A stretch of 64,000 nt of DNA from the human T2T-CHM13v2.0 reference genome, Homo sapiens: the NCBI RefSeq assembly GCF_009914755.1, contig NC_060930.1; one strand, 5' to 3'. The notes beneath the pieces are model-generated. The model saw only the letters and a program-made list of their open reading frames with translations. It was not told the origin of the DNA and did not search any database. A program made the position numbers and the translations under genes. This document shows positions 37,936 to 57,747 of the stretch, one piece after another (the stretch's first letter is position 1; each line of letters begins with the position of its first letter).

Positions 37936-39062
37936 TAAATACTGAGCATGAGGGCAGAGGAAGGTCAAGGAACGTTCTATAGTTACACATCAAGAAAGTA
38001 CAAAACACAGGTTATTTTTAAGTTTGGCTACGTTCCTATAATTTTTAATGTCTAAAATTTAAGATGTACATAAACAGTAAAGTCTGTTTCTCATGTAGGC
38101 ATGAGAAAAAATATTTTCCCAGTAATTTAATACTATCTTCTTATTTTGTTGACACTTTATTTTCATCAGCTGCCATTCAAGCCAACAAAAATGCCCAGAG
38201 TTAGTATTTTCCAAATTTGAACCAGGGAGGGTGTCCTTTACCCTTCTTCCCCTTGTTTTCTGTTCACCCCTATTCTTAGTATACTAGCATGACTCACCAT
38301 CCACAGAACATAAATTGAGAATTGCTTTTCTAGGAGTACTGGTGTGTTTGCCTTGAGTCGTTCATATGCTGTCATCTAATGACACTTGTGGCCAAGGACA
38401 GAGATTTGCCAGACAGCTGACAAACCAGAGTGAGGGTGTAGCATAGCCAATGAACAAAGGACTTCCCCCACACCAGGCACAGCCAGCTGTCCTAGGCAGA
38501 GAAGGAGCCTGCAGTATTGGACTCCTGGGCCAACTGAGGTAACAGACCTAAACACCCCTCTGTCCTTTCTACACTTCTGCTCCAAGGGAATATACACAAA
38601 GACTAGTGGGAGGATAAGGAGAAATATGAAAGAAAACAAATCAAAACCTCAAAAGATAAGAAGAATGTGTTTTTAAAAATCTCTTATAGTACCCTATGCA
38701 AAAGATAGTGACATACATGAATTGTCTAAAAATAAAGTTTCTCTTCTAAGGATTATAAATAGCAGGATTCTGCTTGAACAAAAGTCCTAGCCAGGACCAA
38801 AGACTTAGAGGTTTTCTATTTCTCCATAGATTTCACCTAGATTGTAAACTAGTGATACCCTGTATTTGATACACTGTTTCAGTTTTACCAAAATAGTTCC
38901 ACTGTTTTTATTAAATAGTTGTCAAGTGCATATTTATAAATACCATACCCTACATATGAATGTATCATTGAAAAGGTGATTTTAGAGTAAATCTTTGTCA
39001 CTTTAAAATTTACTACTCAAAACTAAGTTTGAAGACAGACTTGATGTAAATGTTACCTATGA

Positions 39063-39124
39063 AATTATTTTCAGGATCTACTTTATTGTTTTCGAATTAT
39101 TTTCAGGACCTACTTTATTGTTTC
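39063..39124. repeat. Tandem duplication, period 32 bp
   Basis: aattattttcagga(t/c)ctactttattgttt occurs twice. Confidence 0.93.
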
Positions 39125-39437
39125 ATTGTTACTGAGTGATTTCAAAGGGCCAGGCCCTTGGTAAAGGAAGGAGTTGTAGATGATTTGTGTCAGCATGGAC
39201 CTCACAGTAACAAAACTGTTCCCATTGAAAAGATAAATCACAGAGAGAGCTGGAGAAATTAGGAAGATTTTTGCCTATGCTAGCTGATTAGGTGAATGAG
39301 TTATTTCCAAGTCAACTTTTATTTTAGTTTATTCTAAAAATAAATTGATATTTCTTTCACAAAGCCAATTCTGCAAAATGTTACTATGCAAGGCCATATA
39401 GGTTTCATCCACAGTGGCTCAAAGAGAGTGAATTTTT

Positions 39438-42016
<2,579 letters not shown>

Positions 42017-42875
42017 TTAAAAAATCGAAAAAGTACTCTGTATTCTGGCTGTTGATTTTTTTCAAAGAACAAAATTATATCATAGGTACAATATCAATTC
42101 AGAGGTCCCTACAGATTTGTTCACTTTTCTTCAGAAGACGATTTTAAATCATTGGAGATTTCTTTGCCTCTTTAAGTCTTGAAATATAAATGAATGGGTA
42201 AATTATTGTTAGGGACTTAACTAACAATTAAATCATGTTTGATTCGGCCCAGATTCCACATTTTTATGCCTCTGCTGTTTCACACAATGAGAACTTAAAA
42301 TCAGGTTCCCTGGAATACAGTAACCTGGCAGTAAAATTATGGCCTCTCAAACTCTGCTCCCACCCATGATGGGGGACCAAGAGACTTTCCTCAAAGACCC
42401 TTATTCAGCTATTTCTAGAATTCCCCAAGGGTGGGAGGGATGAATAACTCTGCTCTTAAATGCTGTCCTGACAGCTACCAAGAGACACTCTTACATTTCC
42501 TTCTCTCTTGATTTCTGCTGAGTGACTTTTCCCGTCATCATTGATACTACTGAGGTGTTATCAAAGGTACCAAGGAAGAGAATCTCAGGAAGGTGCACAG
42601 CCTCCAAGGTTTAAACCACTCAAACTTCTCACACACTAAAGGCACACTCATCTCTGCTTATTTAATCTGCTTGAGGGCTTTAATTACTCAGAAGAGTGAA
42701 GGAGCATAGTACAGTAGATTCCAGCTAACCTTGATCAACTGGAACACTGAATTGAAATAATGGGATTTTCTTGTTAATTTTCTCTTTAAGACCAATGGCA
42801 GGGCTGGAATCCCTGATGCTCTTGAGGCCCTTAGGATCACAGAAGTCATAAGAGTTGCAGAAGTCACTGCTGCAA

Positions 42876-43165
42876 GGCTGGGTACAGTGGCTCATGCCTG
42901 TAATCCCAGCACTTTGGGAGGCCGAGGCAGGCAGATCACTTGAACTCAGGAGTTCAAGACCATCCTGGACAACATGGTGAAACCCTGTCTCTACTAAAAA
43001 TACAAAAGTTAGCCAGGCTAGCGGCATGTGCCTGTAATCCCAGCTACTTGGGAGGCTGAGGGGAGGATCACTTTAGCCTGGGAGGCCAAGGTTGCAGTGA
43101 GCCAAGATTGCGCCACTCCAGCCTGGGCGACAGAGTGAGACCCTGTCTCAGAAAAAAAAAAAAAA
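42876..43165 (+). mobile_element. Alu (S/J)
   Basis: Full dimer; 17-bp TSD AGAAG(T/A)CACT(G/T)CTGCAA. Confidence 0.94.
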
Positions 43166-43638
43166 AGAAGACACTTCTGCAAAAAGCTTCCATTGTAAAA
43201 CTGTATGCACCAAAGTTGGAAGCAGAATGGCTTCTAAGTTCCTTCTAGGAACAGGAGATCTAGTGGGAACAATCTGGTTAGAAGTAGGTACAAGGGAATC
43301 ATAGATTACCTTGAGGCTGCATTTACTTAGAAAGCATACTTTTGTCACAAATCAATAATTATACGGTGGAGCTTTACAGAGTTGCTCATGGAGATTATGG
43401 GACAGATAAAGCCCTGTCCCAAAGCTATCTTTTGATGACGAGACAGGTGGAGAGAATTCATCTCTTTCTAACTCATTTTGGGTTGCCAATTTGTGCTGAC
43501 AATAAGCCAGAAGTGCGGTGACATTTTAATGGACACTGGCAGAAATCCTCTGTATTTAGGTCAAGACAAACAATGGGAAATGATGTGCTGGTAAGCCAGC
43601 TCTCCAGAAAAAATAAAAATAAAAAAAGAAGGACTTGA

Positions 43639-43787
43639 TTGGTAGCATTTGCACTTCCCATGGTGTAAATACCCCCATCATGGTCAATTTCAAGCTACCA
43701 GCATGACATTACTGAACGCAGAGTTGAGAAGAGATGAGCACAATCAGTTCCTGCAAGCCAGTGCCAGCTGGCTCCAGCACACCACTG
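43639..43787. mobile_element. MER63-like hAT-Blackjack fragment
   Basis: ccatggtgtaaatacccc...atttcaagctacc...gctggctccagcacaccactg. Confidence 0.7.
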
Positions 43788-45946
43788 AGAAAGGGCCAAA
43801 TAACTCCTGCAGCCTCAACTCCCCGCTCTCACTTTTCCATGCAGACGGAATCAGATTGGAAAAACTTCCCTGCATTCCTAAGTGAAATATTATGAAGACA
43901 GAACTTGGAGAGATATACCAGATAAACCTGGCATCATTTGCTGTGCCCGATAAGGATAAAGATCATGCCTCAGTCCACAGTATTATGGCTGGTTCAAAGC
44001 AGACAGAATAGCATGGAAAAGGAGGAAAAAATCAGAAGGAAATAATTTGTCTTCTTGAAGTATGTGACAATAAGCTAGGGAGAAAATATGTGAGTTTGTA
44101 TGGACAAACTTAAAACAAATGGCCTCTGTAAAGAAAACAAGCTGGATTTTGAACTGCAGTCAATGTTTTGTTCTTGTTTTTCTTTCTTTTATTAGAAATA
44201 AAGCTTAGTTCATAAGAATATTGGCTTTCTCATCTTCCTCACAATCCTCATTTCAGCAATCCTCTTGGCCAGAGATGCCTCATGGGAGAGCCTGAGTCTG
44301 TGATATTTCGGTAACAGTTGCTGATGTGTTGATACAGTCGGGAATCTCTCCTTGCTCACTATAAGGTAACTGCCACAAGTACAGTCCAAAAAGATGATGT
44401 CAAAGATATATACAAACAAATGGTGACCTTGAAGACTTCTAATGCATCTCTAATGGAACAAGGAGAGATGTACTTATTGGTCAGGGTCCTTCATGATCTG
44501 CTGAGAACATGTTTGAGCTGGGGAGGAACTGTCATCAAGAACCGAGAATTAGTCATTAGTAACATTGGCTAAGAGACTAACTGGGCATTCCAAAGCAATT
44601 AGCTGGTAACTAGGCATTTCAAAGAAAGTAGCTGCTTGCTTTGTGCCTTAGTTTCTCCAATCTAAGTTGGGAAATCATTAACTCTTGCATTTTTCATAGG
44701 AGTACGTTATAAGATTTCATGAATTAATTTATTGAAAATAAATAATTTTAAAAGAAAGATTTTAAAGACAAGGCCCTGTGTATCACGGCTGTCTCAGCCA
44801 AACTGCATTGTAACAACTCCTGCATTATCTCTGTTACATTCCATTATGTGGCACAGTGACAGTTGAAAGACAACCTGTTTTACTGTCATGAATTTCAGGC
44901 TATGCTTATTCCAGCTGCGCACAGTTGTATGCCTGCTAGTGGTCTTTTGGGGCAGGAAATATTAGCCAAAGAAGGTTAATGCTTCATCATAGGTTATATA
45001 TAAATAGTGAAGCAATAAAAGACATAGTACTATGATTTTTGTCATTCACTGAGCTGTGATATAAATCCAACATCTGGATCTCATACTTTGGAGCCAGTTT
45101 ATTCACAGCAACTGATGAGTACAGTCAGCCTGGGGATTTTGCTTTTCCTCTTCTTATCCTCCTTTATTTCACAGGGCTTTGATTAGAAAGCCTAAGATAA
45201 ATTTAACCCAAGTAAGATATAAAAATGGAAACAGAAATTATACTTATTTTTGTCTGCATATTATAGCTTTGGTGTAACTGCCATGTCTTTAATCCCACAA
45301 GATCATAAACTGCTTGAGGGCAAAAACTATCAAATTCACTCTTGTAACCCCTGCAGCAATTAGCATAGGGCTTTCACATAATGCACAAGCAACAAATCTT
45401 GGTGCAATTGGATTAGGCTAAAAAAAAAAGGCAGCATATGGGAAAATGCAATGGATATCAGTACATTCTACGTAATCTCCAAAGGCAGCTCCACTCTGGC
45501 TCAGATAAATTAAAGAATGTAAAAAATGTGGACTGATATCTCAAAAGTTCTCAGAATCATAAGGCCCCTACTAGAATGCAACTAGTGGAAGCAACTAGAA
45601 TGTTGCTTCTACTCATGGACTCTTTATTAAGATGAGGAATTGACAGGGTTTCCCAGAAATTACAGAGAAATCAGAAAAGCCAAACTGTGACTAAAAGGTT
45701 AAGAAACTAGAAAGATTTTGAACGACTCCAATAGGAAAAACTAAGCTCTGCCAGAGACAGGGGTTACAAACAGGCTGCTGACCAATGTGATAGGCCAATA
45801 TTATACTCTCCCCAGATAACCTCTAATGAAATGTCTCCAGATCTTTGAATTCACTCTTCAGCATGTTAACACAGAGGTCCTGCATTATAGCAATTCCCTG
45901 GTTTGTTGAGAGAAGGAAATCTAAGCTACTAAAAGTTGTGAGAAAA

Positions 45947-46188
<242 letters not shown>

Positions 46189-47408
46189 TCATGATTGGAG
46201 TGTGCAAACACATGTTCTTTGTCCCTTTGAGAATAGAACAAAAGTTACAATGTGCAAACATACGTGGAAGTCCTTAAAATATGAAGGAGGGCAGGCATAG
46301 GACAATGAAAAGTAAGCTATTCTTAATGCTGTAAAACAGAGTATAGTCACTCCTTGAGATGAATCAAACAGCTCAGGTTTGGAAAGATTTAGGTAAATAA
46401 GTAGATGATCAATTTATAATAGGACACTAAGAAGAAGTTAGAAATATTTATGTACCACTCCAGCCTTTGAGGAGAATGTCCTGGAGAGCAAGTGTCATAT
46501 TATTTGACAAAGGTCACTGGGTATCCCTATCCAAAATAAACTCTAGGTTAGAAAGACCACAAACTTAAACTAGTGCTTGGTAAGTTCTTCCTAACACTGA
46601 AGTACAAATTAGGCCATTGTTAAGAAGTAATTCTCAATTAAAGAGGGAAAATAAATCAGCAAATCTTTCCTACTATGCTAAATAAACCAGTCAACAAATA
46701 TTTCTTGAGAATCTATTAAAGGCAAATCACCATGGATATCCTACCTCACCTCAATAAAAAAATATGCATTTGCATGACCACATATTATTGCTATGATGGT
46801 TTGCTTTTCTTGTTAATATATAAGTCAATATTTTAGGAGTTTAAACTTGGTAAAAACATGTAATAATTGCATTGAGCAGATGACATAAATAAGATAGGAA
46901 AATAACTTCTGGGTTTTTTTTATGACCTTCATTTTGAAAATCCATCACGGGCTCTTTGGGCAACTTTTTGGGAATCTAACATTATTTCAGAATAAAAAGT
47001 TTTAAAAATACACTGTGGCAAAATGAAAAGCAAAAAAGCACTGAGATACAAGCTGATCTTTTAAAATGCTCAACTCCAAGTCAATAAAATTCTAAGAATC
47101 TGGAAATTCTGGATTCCATCTGCTTTCTCCAACCTTCATGGCAAATCAATTAGGTTTACTGCCAAGCCTGTGATTGTGCAGGAAGTGAAGGAGAAATTGC
47201 AGGTGAAGAGAATTTTCACTATGAAGGGCTTATCGAAGACATTAAACAACATTTGTAGTATTAAAAGCCATGCAACCAGTAAGAGGGAAATGCTGAGACC
47301 CGTCTACAAAGTGGAATGGCAGGCAAGATTGACTTCCTGTGTTCAAGAATCACATAACTCCATGAGACCACAGGTGAGGGCTCACTGGGAAATGCCCCCA
47401 CCAATTTA

Positions 47409-49560
<2,152 letters not shown>

Positions 49561-52500
49561 AAACTTCCTCTTTCTTCCCACTCTATTTCATAAATCCATG
49601 TCTACACACATGCAGGATCCCCAGTCAGTGTCATCCGTGGAGTTAGCCCTCCCTGATTTCTTAACAACCCTGCAAAGGATGAAGGACCAATGAGTTCTCA
49701 GAAGAGCAATCTTTTTACTATTAGAGAGGAAACAAAGAAGGAAGAAAATGTTCAAAGTGAACCTAAGATAGCTTTATATTTATGGTCCACAGTGAAAAAT
49801 CTTGGAGTGAAAGTGTAAAGTTTCTTAATTGTTTGGGGAAATGATTCCCTAACTTATTTGTCCAATTTTTAGATCAGATGAAAAATGAAGAGTATTAGAA
49901 AATTTGTAGTTAGAATTCATTCTGCTCCTGGAACATCTATTAAACAAAAATAAAGTCAATCCATAGATTTTCTTTTTTCTTTAGAAATTTTATTATCCAA
50001 ATTATACTATTTATTTAGTGCTGTTTGTAACATAATCAAGCCAAAACAATCAGCAGAAAGAAAATCACATATTTTTAAATGTTTATGCCAAAAGCATTAG
50101 CATTACAAGCATTAATCAATTTTTAATAGATTATCAAGGAAATAAACAATTTTAAAATGCATTTCAAAAATCTACCAATTTTTAGAAACATTTTTCTGAA
50201 AAACTTAAGTATTTTGGTAATCTAACATGATTTTAAGGGGAAAAATGGATATATCCCTGACTTGTAGTGAGTCACTGGGTGTCTCACTTCACTTTTCTGT
50301 GTCTTATTTGTAAAATAATGGAATTGTACCTCATTGGAGGTTGCAAACTGGTGACCCATTGGCCATAACCAGCCTGTGGACATATCCTATTTGCCAAGCA
50401 TGTTTTTAAATCTGGGAAATTTCACATTCAGATTCTGATTCCTCATTTCTCTTAAACAACTATAAGATTGGCAACACTGGGTCTACATTCCCATGCAACA
50501 ACAAAAGGCATACACTGAATAGCAGCTGTCGCCTTAGACAAGGTATGGACTCCTGGTGTTATGTTATCTGCCTGACTACTTAGGCATCTAAGTTTTTGAT
50601 AAAATGGATTACCTCTAAATTTTCTTTCAGTTCTAACATGCTCATATTAGATTGAGCTGTATAGCAAAAGGGCCATTTAACCTCTCTAAGCCTCAACTTT
50701 ATTTGAGTATGGAGATAACAATAATATCTGACTACCATTTGAGCTTTGTAGAGACAAAATGAAGTCATGAATGGTGACAACTCAGCACAGCACTATGCAT
50801 GTAGAAAGTACTTAATAAATAGAAGAGGTAACAATAAAGGCAAATAATGGTAAACACAATGACTCAAATATAATTTTGTGATGGTCAATCCAATTTTACA
50901 TACTGATGCTTCTCTTTCAAATGCAGCATTGATCCCACCAAAAAATCAGTTATTTGCCTCTAATTTTCAGATACATTTCCCTCAGTTAATACTAAACAGG
51001 TTGTGATACTTCAATGAGATTCAGCCAATTAAAAGAAGTATTCTTTGAGTGTCTCTGGTTCTCATATTCTCCACTTCTGGTTGAACCAGCTATCAATATT
51101 TGATTCGTAGTAAGTTTTGATCCTACTTGATGTGCGTACATAGTCTACTATCAGTTACTCTTATTAAACACAAATAACCAATTTAACAGAGAGTTTGTGC
51201 TGGGCTTCTCATTGATACAAGAGTCACAAATGAGCCCATCTTTGTTATAAATTTTTTTTTCTACAATTGTAATTATATTGATGTTCATATTGTGTAAAAT
51301 AACTCATTTAATAAAGTAGTACTTTGATTTACAACATCAAAAAAAGGACCCCACAGGAGTTTTTAGGTGTCCCCTACCATCGTAAGTTGTTTTACAGTCA
51401 GTCTATCACTTGACACTCACCTAGCTCACTTCCTCAGCCACACCCTTTATATGTTAGATTGCTTTATTAATAACGAAGCTTAAATGGACCTGTTCCAGTG
51501 TGTGACTGGCACAGATTTATCCACACTTTAAAGGCTTCATTTTTAAATTAAACTAACTTACACATACTGCTCCTGTGTATATGTGTATTTGTAGAGAAAA
51601 AAATTCATAAGTTCTAGCCCAGCAATACCCTAGGACAGGTAATAAAATTTCAGACAATTAAAATAATTTATAATCCCCATGGAGTTTGTTTTATTGGGAT
51701 TTTTACCTGTAATTGTGTAAGTGTTGCTTATATCACCTCAGAACTTGTGACTGATTAAAGAGAACTGAGCCAGTATAAAGGGTGTTCCACTGACTTTCAG
51801 TCCAACATAAATTCGAGGCTGAGACAAGATAGAAATAGAGCTGTAGTAGGCTACGCATTCTGACTTCCACTCCTACCTCCATCCCCTCTCCTCCCATCTC
51901 TGCAATAACCACTCTACCCTAAGTGCAGCCCCTCCAACTCATACACTTCAAAGCTCTTAGAAAAATATTTTCAACACAAAAGTGGTTTTGTGTCAATTCT
52001 CTGCTCAAGATTCTTGAGTCATTTGCCAAGATTCTTTGAGCTATTCCCCAAAATAAACTTCTTACTCTTACAAGACCTAAGCTTTTCAAGGTCTTTATAC
52101 TCTTTTCTCATCCTTCCCCTCAAAGCACCCTATACTGAACTATGTCCTACTGATCTCTCTTCCCTAAACACACCACCCTTTCTCAAGGCCCCTGGAACTC
52201 TGTCTCTCTCCTACTCCCCACACTATTAATCTTATTATTCCTCAAATCTCAATGCAAGCATTACTTTCCCTTCCCTGATTTCCTTAGGAAAACTTAGCTG
52301 CTTCTTTTCTTACTCTCCTTGAACACTGATTCACATGTAAGTATGGCAGCCACCATGTTTATTTGAGCATGTGAGCTTATTGAAAGCAGGAACCACATTT
52401 AATTTTTTTTTTTTTTACTCCCAGCACCTACTACATCCTAGCACATCATAGCCAACACAATATCTACTAAATATTGAATAAATGAACCTGCTGAATTTCT

Positions 52501-55227
52501 ATAGTCTATATATTTGTAGATTCCATTCTGCAAAGTCATAAGACTGTGCTTGTTACCACTACATTAATTAACAATATATATTTTTGCACCTCTTTTTTTG
52601 AACACATTTTTCCTTCTTCATTTATTCCTTTAGGACAGTACATCTGGTTGTGCTTAATACCTATTAACAACAACAAACTATCCAATCCCACCAATATAAT
52701 AAGATCATTATTTTGCTGAGTCTTACAAATTTGAAACTTTCTAAGTATTTATAGGACATTTGTAACAAAATTTAAAGCATCACCATGGCATAGACTACTT
52801 TGAGAACTAATGTCAAAATATATAATCAGATTTACACAGAGAAAACTTAAGAGATCTTGACTTATAATCACCCAATTTTCAAAACTCACAAAATTTTCAT
52901 TTTCTGAAGCTATTGCTATAGTTAGATTCTCCTTAAGAACTTATATTTATTAGAATATATTTATTCTTAAAAACAAATCCTCTAGTTGTTCCATTCACCA
53001 TTTGAATCTTCCTTTTCATAGCTAATGGTAGATAATATGCTAACAACTATGGAGTAGTGTTTGCAGCTGCAATCATTATAAAATATTATAAACTCCTATA
53101 TTAATCAAGGCAAAGCCCAAATTCTCTAGAGTGACATATCTGTTTCTTATTATAGTAATTGAATGCTGTGGATGTAACCACTAGCCATCTCAGTAAAATC
53201 TCCCTCTTGCATGTTTAGCCTAAAATTTAAATGAGCTAATCTACATTGCACAGTCATTCACAGAGAAGACTGTAGCTCTGCAGAATGGCATGCTTCCTGT
53301 GAAAGTGCTATGCACCTCAGTGGTTTCAAATCCATGGTGGCTTCTTTAGTGGTAAACATTTCGTTTACCTGGGTTCACACTCCTTGACTTTCACTTGGAC
53401 AAACCTGAAAGCTCAAGGAAGCTACAACTGCCAACTTTTGCATAGTTTCTAGCCGCAACCATCAATCTCTCCCTGGCAATAAAAGGAGACTAAACCTTGG
53501 TTTGCCCCAGTTCACCTGGGAAAATGATGACTCTTTCATTACATCTGAGCCAAGGATGACGTTCTCCAGCAAATGTAAACTGGGTGCACAACGTTCCAAC
53601 AGTTCTGTAATTTGGGGAGTTGGATTTTTTACACACAATGTGGCACATTTCCTGAGCTGGCTAATTGAGCCAGTTGCTTCTAAAAACCTGATGCCAAGAG
53701 TCTGCCCAATCATTTAAAACATCTTCTCTTTTTGGTTTTTTAAATAGTCAGTGTTCATTTCCTTGGTTAACATTGGTGTCATATCAAATGAAGTCACCAA
53801 ACCTTAGGGAGGAGAAAATTTGCCTCCAAAAAAGTAGCATATTATTCAGAGGAAACATTTAGTCAAAACCGAAAAAGAAACGATTAAGGCATAAGGATGG
53901 TATGAACAACTCTACAAACTTCTGTCGTATTAAAAACCTTTATATATTTTTAGCTATAACAAAGTTTGAGTGCAAGTAGGGAAAAAGGAAAGAAAACGGT
54001 TATAAACATAGAAATGTAGAATTTTAGATTTCTTTAAAGAGTTCTTTTTTTCCCCTGCAAGAAACACTGGAAATCAGGTGCAGTATATATTTATCTTCTT
54101 CCTTTGTTTTTAATTGGCAGGAAGCATTTTCAATGAAATCGCTAGTTTACCATACATTAGCTTGAGCCAAGAATTGCATTTTCAAATCTCAAAAGACCTT
54201 TGGATGAGGTCAAGGTATCCTAAAGAAAATGTGCAGGGAGCCCTGGGATTCCACTGACTATTTGAAGAGAAGAGGAGAACAATGCTCTTCATCCATGGAT
54301 TTGTAGACCTGTGCTTTACCTTACCAAACTGAGATGATTTAAAATAATCATAGGATAGAAAGATAGATGGAGGCTAGTTGTCTAGGGAATAAAGAATAGT
54401 GAACTTTGAAAGCTAATGTTAAGGACTGAAAGGTACTGAAGTTATTTTTGCATTCTAGGTGTATGGGATTTTGATCAAGGATACTTTGGAAAGATCTTTA
54501 TTTTTTTAACTGTGGCTCAAGACCTTTTCAGTGTGCCCTTAGCTAAATATCCAGGTGAGGCTACATGTATTAAATCTTCATCTTAAAAGTAAACTGTATT
54601 TAAAAACCTAAATGCACCCAGAGGTAGTCACAAATACAAATCAGACCTCTTTTCCCATTCTTTGAAGATTGAGCCCTTGAAGAAATCAAACCAGGTACCA
54701 ATATAGAAGAAAGGGAATTTCTTCAGGATTCTTCATTGGCACTTTTCAAACATAAAAAAAAATAAAAATAATTGTAATATCACATTATTTTTATGGGGAG
54801 CTGTTCCCTACATATAGAATAATACCCCCCACATAGATGAGGAAAAAAGTCTTTGTAATTTTGCTTCAAAGATAGCATGCCAGACACTAAATAAGTTTGA
54901 AATTTCTGTTTATATTTGAACATTCACATTTATTAAATTTACTTTAACCTGGGTGGTAAACACACAGCATGGATTTTGTCATACCTTCCTCCTAGATCAC
55001 TAATTAGCTATGGCATCCTTTGACTGCTGAGCCTGAATACATTCTCAGAAGCCTTCTCAATACATCACTGGAACAGCCTCTACTAATAGGTGAGAGTTCC
55101 TATTTACAAGGATATGTATTTAGCATTTCTGATCTCAATTCTTTTAAAATGAAATATGATTAATTCTTATGTGCTATTACTGTAAAAATAAGATAGCAAA
55201 TACATCCCTTTAAAGATAAATGCCTTA

Positions 55228-56277
55228 CAAAGACTTCATGTCCAGGAACCCAAAAGCAAATGCAACAAAAACAAAGATAAATAGATGGGACTTAATTGAA
55301 CTAAAAAGCTTCTGCACAGCAAAGGAAATAATGAGCAGAGTAAATACACAACCCACAGAGTGGAAGAAAATCTTTGCAATCTATGCATCCAACAAAGAAC
55401 CAATATGCAGAATCTACAAGGAATATAAACAAAACACCAAACAATCCCATCAAAAAGTGGGCTAAGGGCATGAATGGACAATTCTCAAAAGAAGATACAC
55501 AAATGGCCAACAAACATATGAAAAAATGCTCAACATCACTAATGATCAGGGAAATGTAAATCAAAACCACAGTGTGATACCACCTTACTCTAGCAAGAAT
55601 GACCATAATAAAAAAATAATAGATGTTGGTGTGGATGTGGTGGGATACACTGTTGGTAGGAATGTAAACTAGTACAACTACTATGGAAAACAATGTGGAG
55701 ATTCTTTAAAGAACTAAAAGTAGAACTACCACCACTTGATTCAGTAATTCCACTACTGGGTATCTACCCAGAGGAAAATAAGGCATTATACGAAAAAGAT
55801 ACTTGCATATGCATGTTTATAGCAGCACAATTCGCAATTGCAAAAAAGATATGGAACCAACCCAAATGCCCATCAATCAACAAGCGGATAAAGAAATTGT
55901 GGTATATATGCACCATGGAATACTACTCAGTCGTGAAAAGGAATGAAATAATGGCATTTGCAGCAACCTGAATGGATTTGGAGACCATTATTCTAAGTGA
56001 AGTAACTCAGGAATGGAAAACCAAACATCGTATGTTCTCTCATAAGTGGGAGATAAGCTATGAAGACGCAAAGGCATAAGAATGATACAATGGACTTTGG
56101 GGACTTGGGGGGAAAGGATGGGAGGGCAGTGAGAGATAAAAGACTGCATTTTGGGTACAGTGTACACTGCTCGGGTGATGGGTGCACCAAAATCTCAGAA
56201 TCACCGCTAAAGAACTTATTCATGTAAGCAAATACCACCTGTTCCCCAAAAACCTATTGAAGTTTTAAAAAGAAAAA
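55228..56277 (+). mobile_element. 5'-truncated L1PB1-like LINE-1
   Basis: ORF2 C-terminal remnants and L1PB 3'UTR (gggtacagtgtacactgctcgggtgatgggtgcacc); 16-bp TSD AAAGATAAATGCCTTA at 55212-55227 and 56278-56293. Confidence 0.93.
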
Positions 56278-56293
56278 AAAGATAAATGCCTTA

Positions 56294-56400
56294 GCTGGAC
56301 ATGTGCCTGTAATCCCAGCTACTCAGGGGTTGAGGCAGGAGGATCCCTTGAGCCCAGGAGTTCAAGACCAGCCTGGGACACAGCAAGACCCCATCTGTAT
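56294..56400 (+). mobile_element. FLAM/Alu monomer
   Basis: cctgtaatcccagctactc...gagttcaagaccagcctggga. Confidence 0.85.
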
Positions 56401-56722
56401 TTTTTTTAAAGTCTAGGTAGCCTGGCTAAACACAAAATTGATGAAACCTGAACAAGAGTAGGACATTGAAGGAAATGCATTTAAAAACTAATGATATTTA
56501 TTTGACTGCTATGGCAAAATCCTCAGACATTTACTCCCAGCTTAACTATCTTAAAGTCTAAGTATTTAAAGTATGAGTGTTTATGACTCATTGAAAATAA
56601 TCAGTGGAATCTGCAATTGCACTCAGAGTAATATGATAACCAGTTAGGAACAATTACTTCAGGTTAAAATACACATAACTCTGAATACTATGTTGATATA
56701 TCTGATTATTTTATTTAAACAA

Positions 56723-57062
56723 TTTTCTTTTTTTAGAGACAGGGTCTCACTCTGTCACCCAGACTGGAGTGCGGTGGTGCAATCATGGCTTACTGTACGG
56801 CAGCTTTTAAACTCCTGGGCTCAAGTGATCCTCCCATCTCAGCTTCCTGAGTAGGTGGAACTACAGGCGCACACCACTGTGCCTGATTACTTTTTAAAAA
56901 TTTTTTTTGGTAGAGATGGCAGGGCCAAGGAAGTGGCCCGGGCGGGTGGAGGGATCTTGCTATGTTGCCCAAGCTGCTCTTGAACTCCTGGCCTGAAGGG
57001 ATCCTCTCACCTTGGCCTCTCAAAGTGCTGGGATTATAGGCATGAGCCACCATGCCCAGGCT
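56723..57062 (-). mobile_element. AluJ with an about 32-bp GC-rich insertion
   Basis: Antisense dimer with a non-Alu segment at 56920-56951. Confidence 0.9.
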
Positions 57063-57150
57063 AAACTAATTACTGATTTCAAGAGATGTTCTACAAGTAT
57101 TCTGTGATTGTTTAATAAGAATACCAATAAATTATTTTAGAATAATCAGA

Positions 57151-57747
<597 letters not shown>

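Noticed and set aside
44257-44365. 109-nt plus-strand exon candidate (tttcag| ... AAG|GTAACT)
   Set aside because: Only moderate signals with no other support; such pairs are common in introns.
45583-45613. 12-bp hairpin agtggaagcaac/gttgcttctact, and a similar one near 14370-14403
   Set aside because: Too short to distinguish from chance or local template switching.
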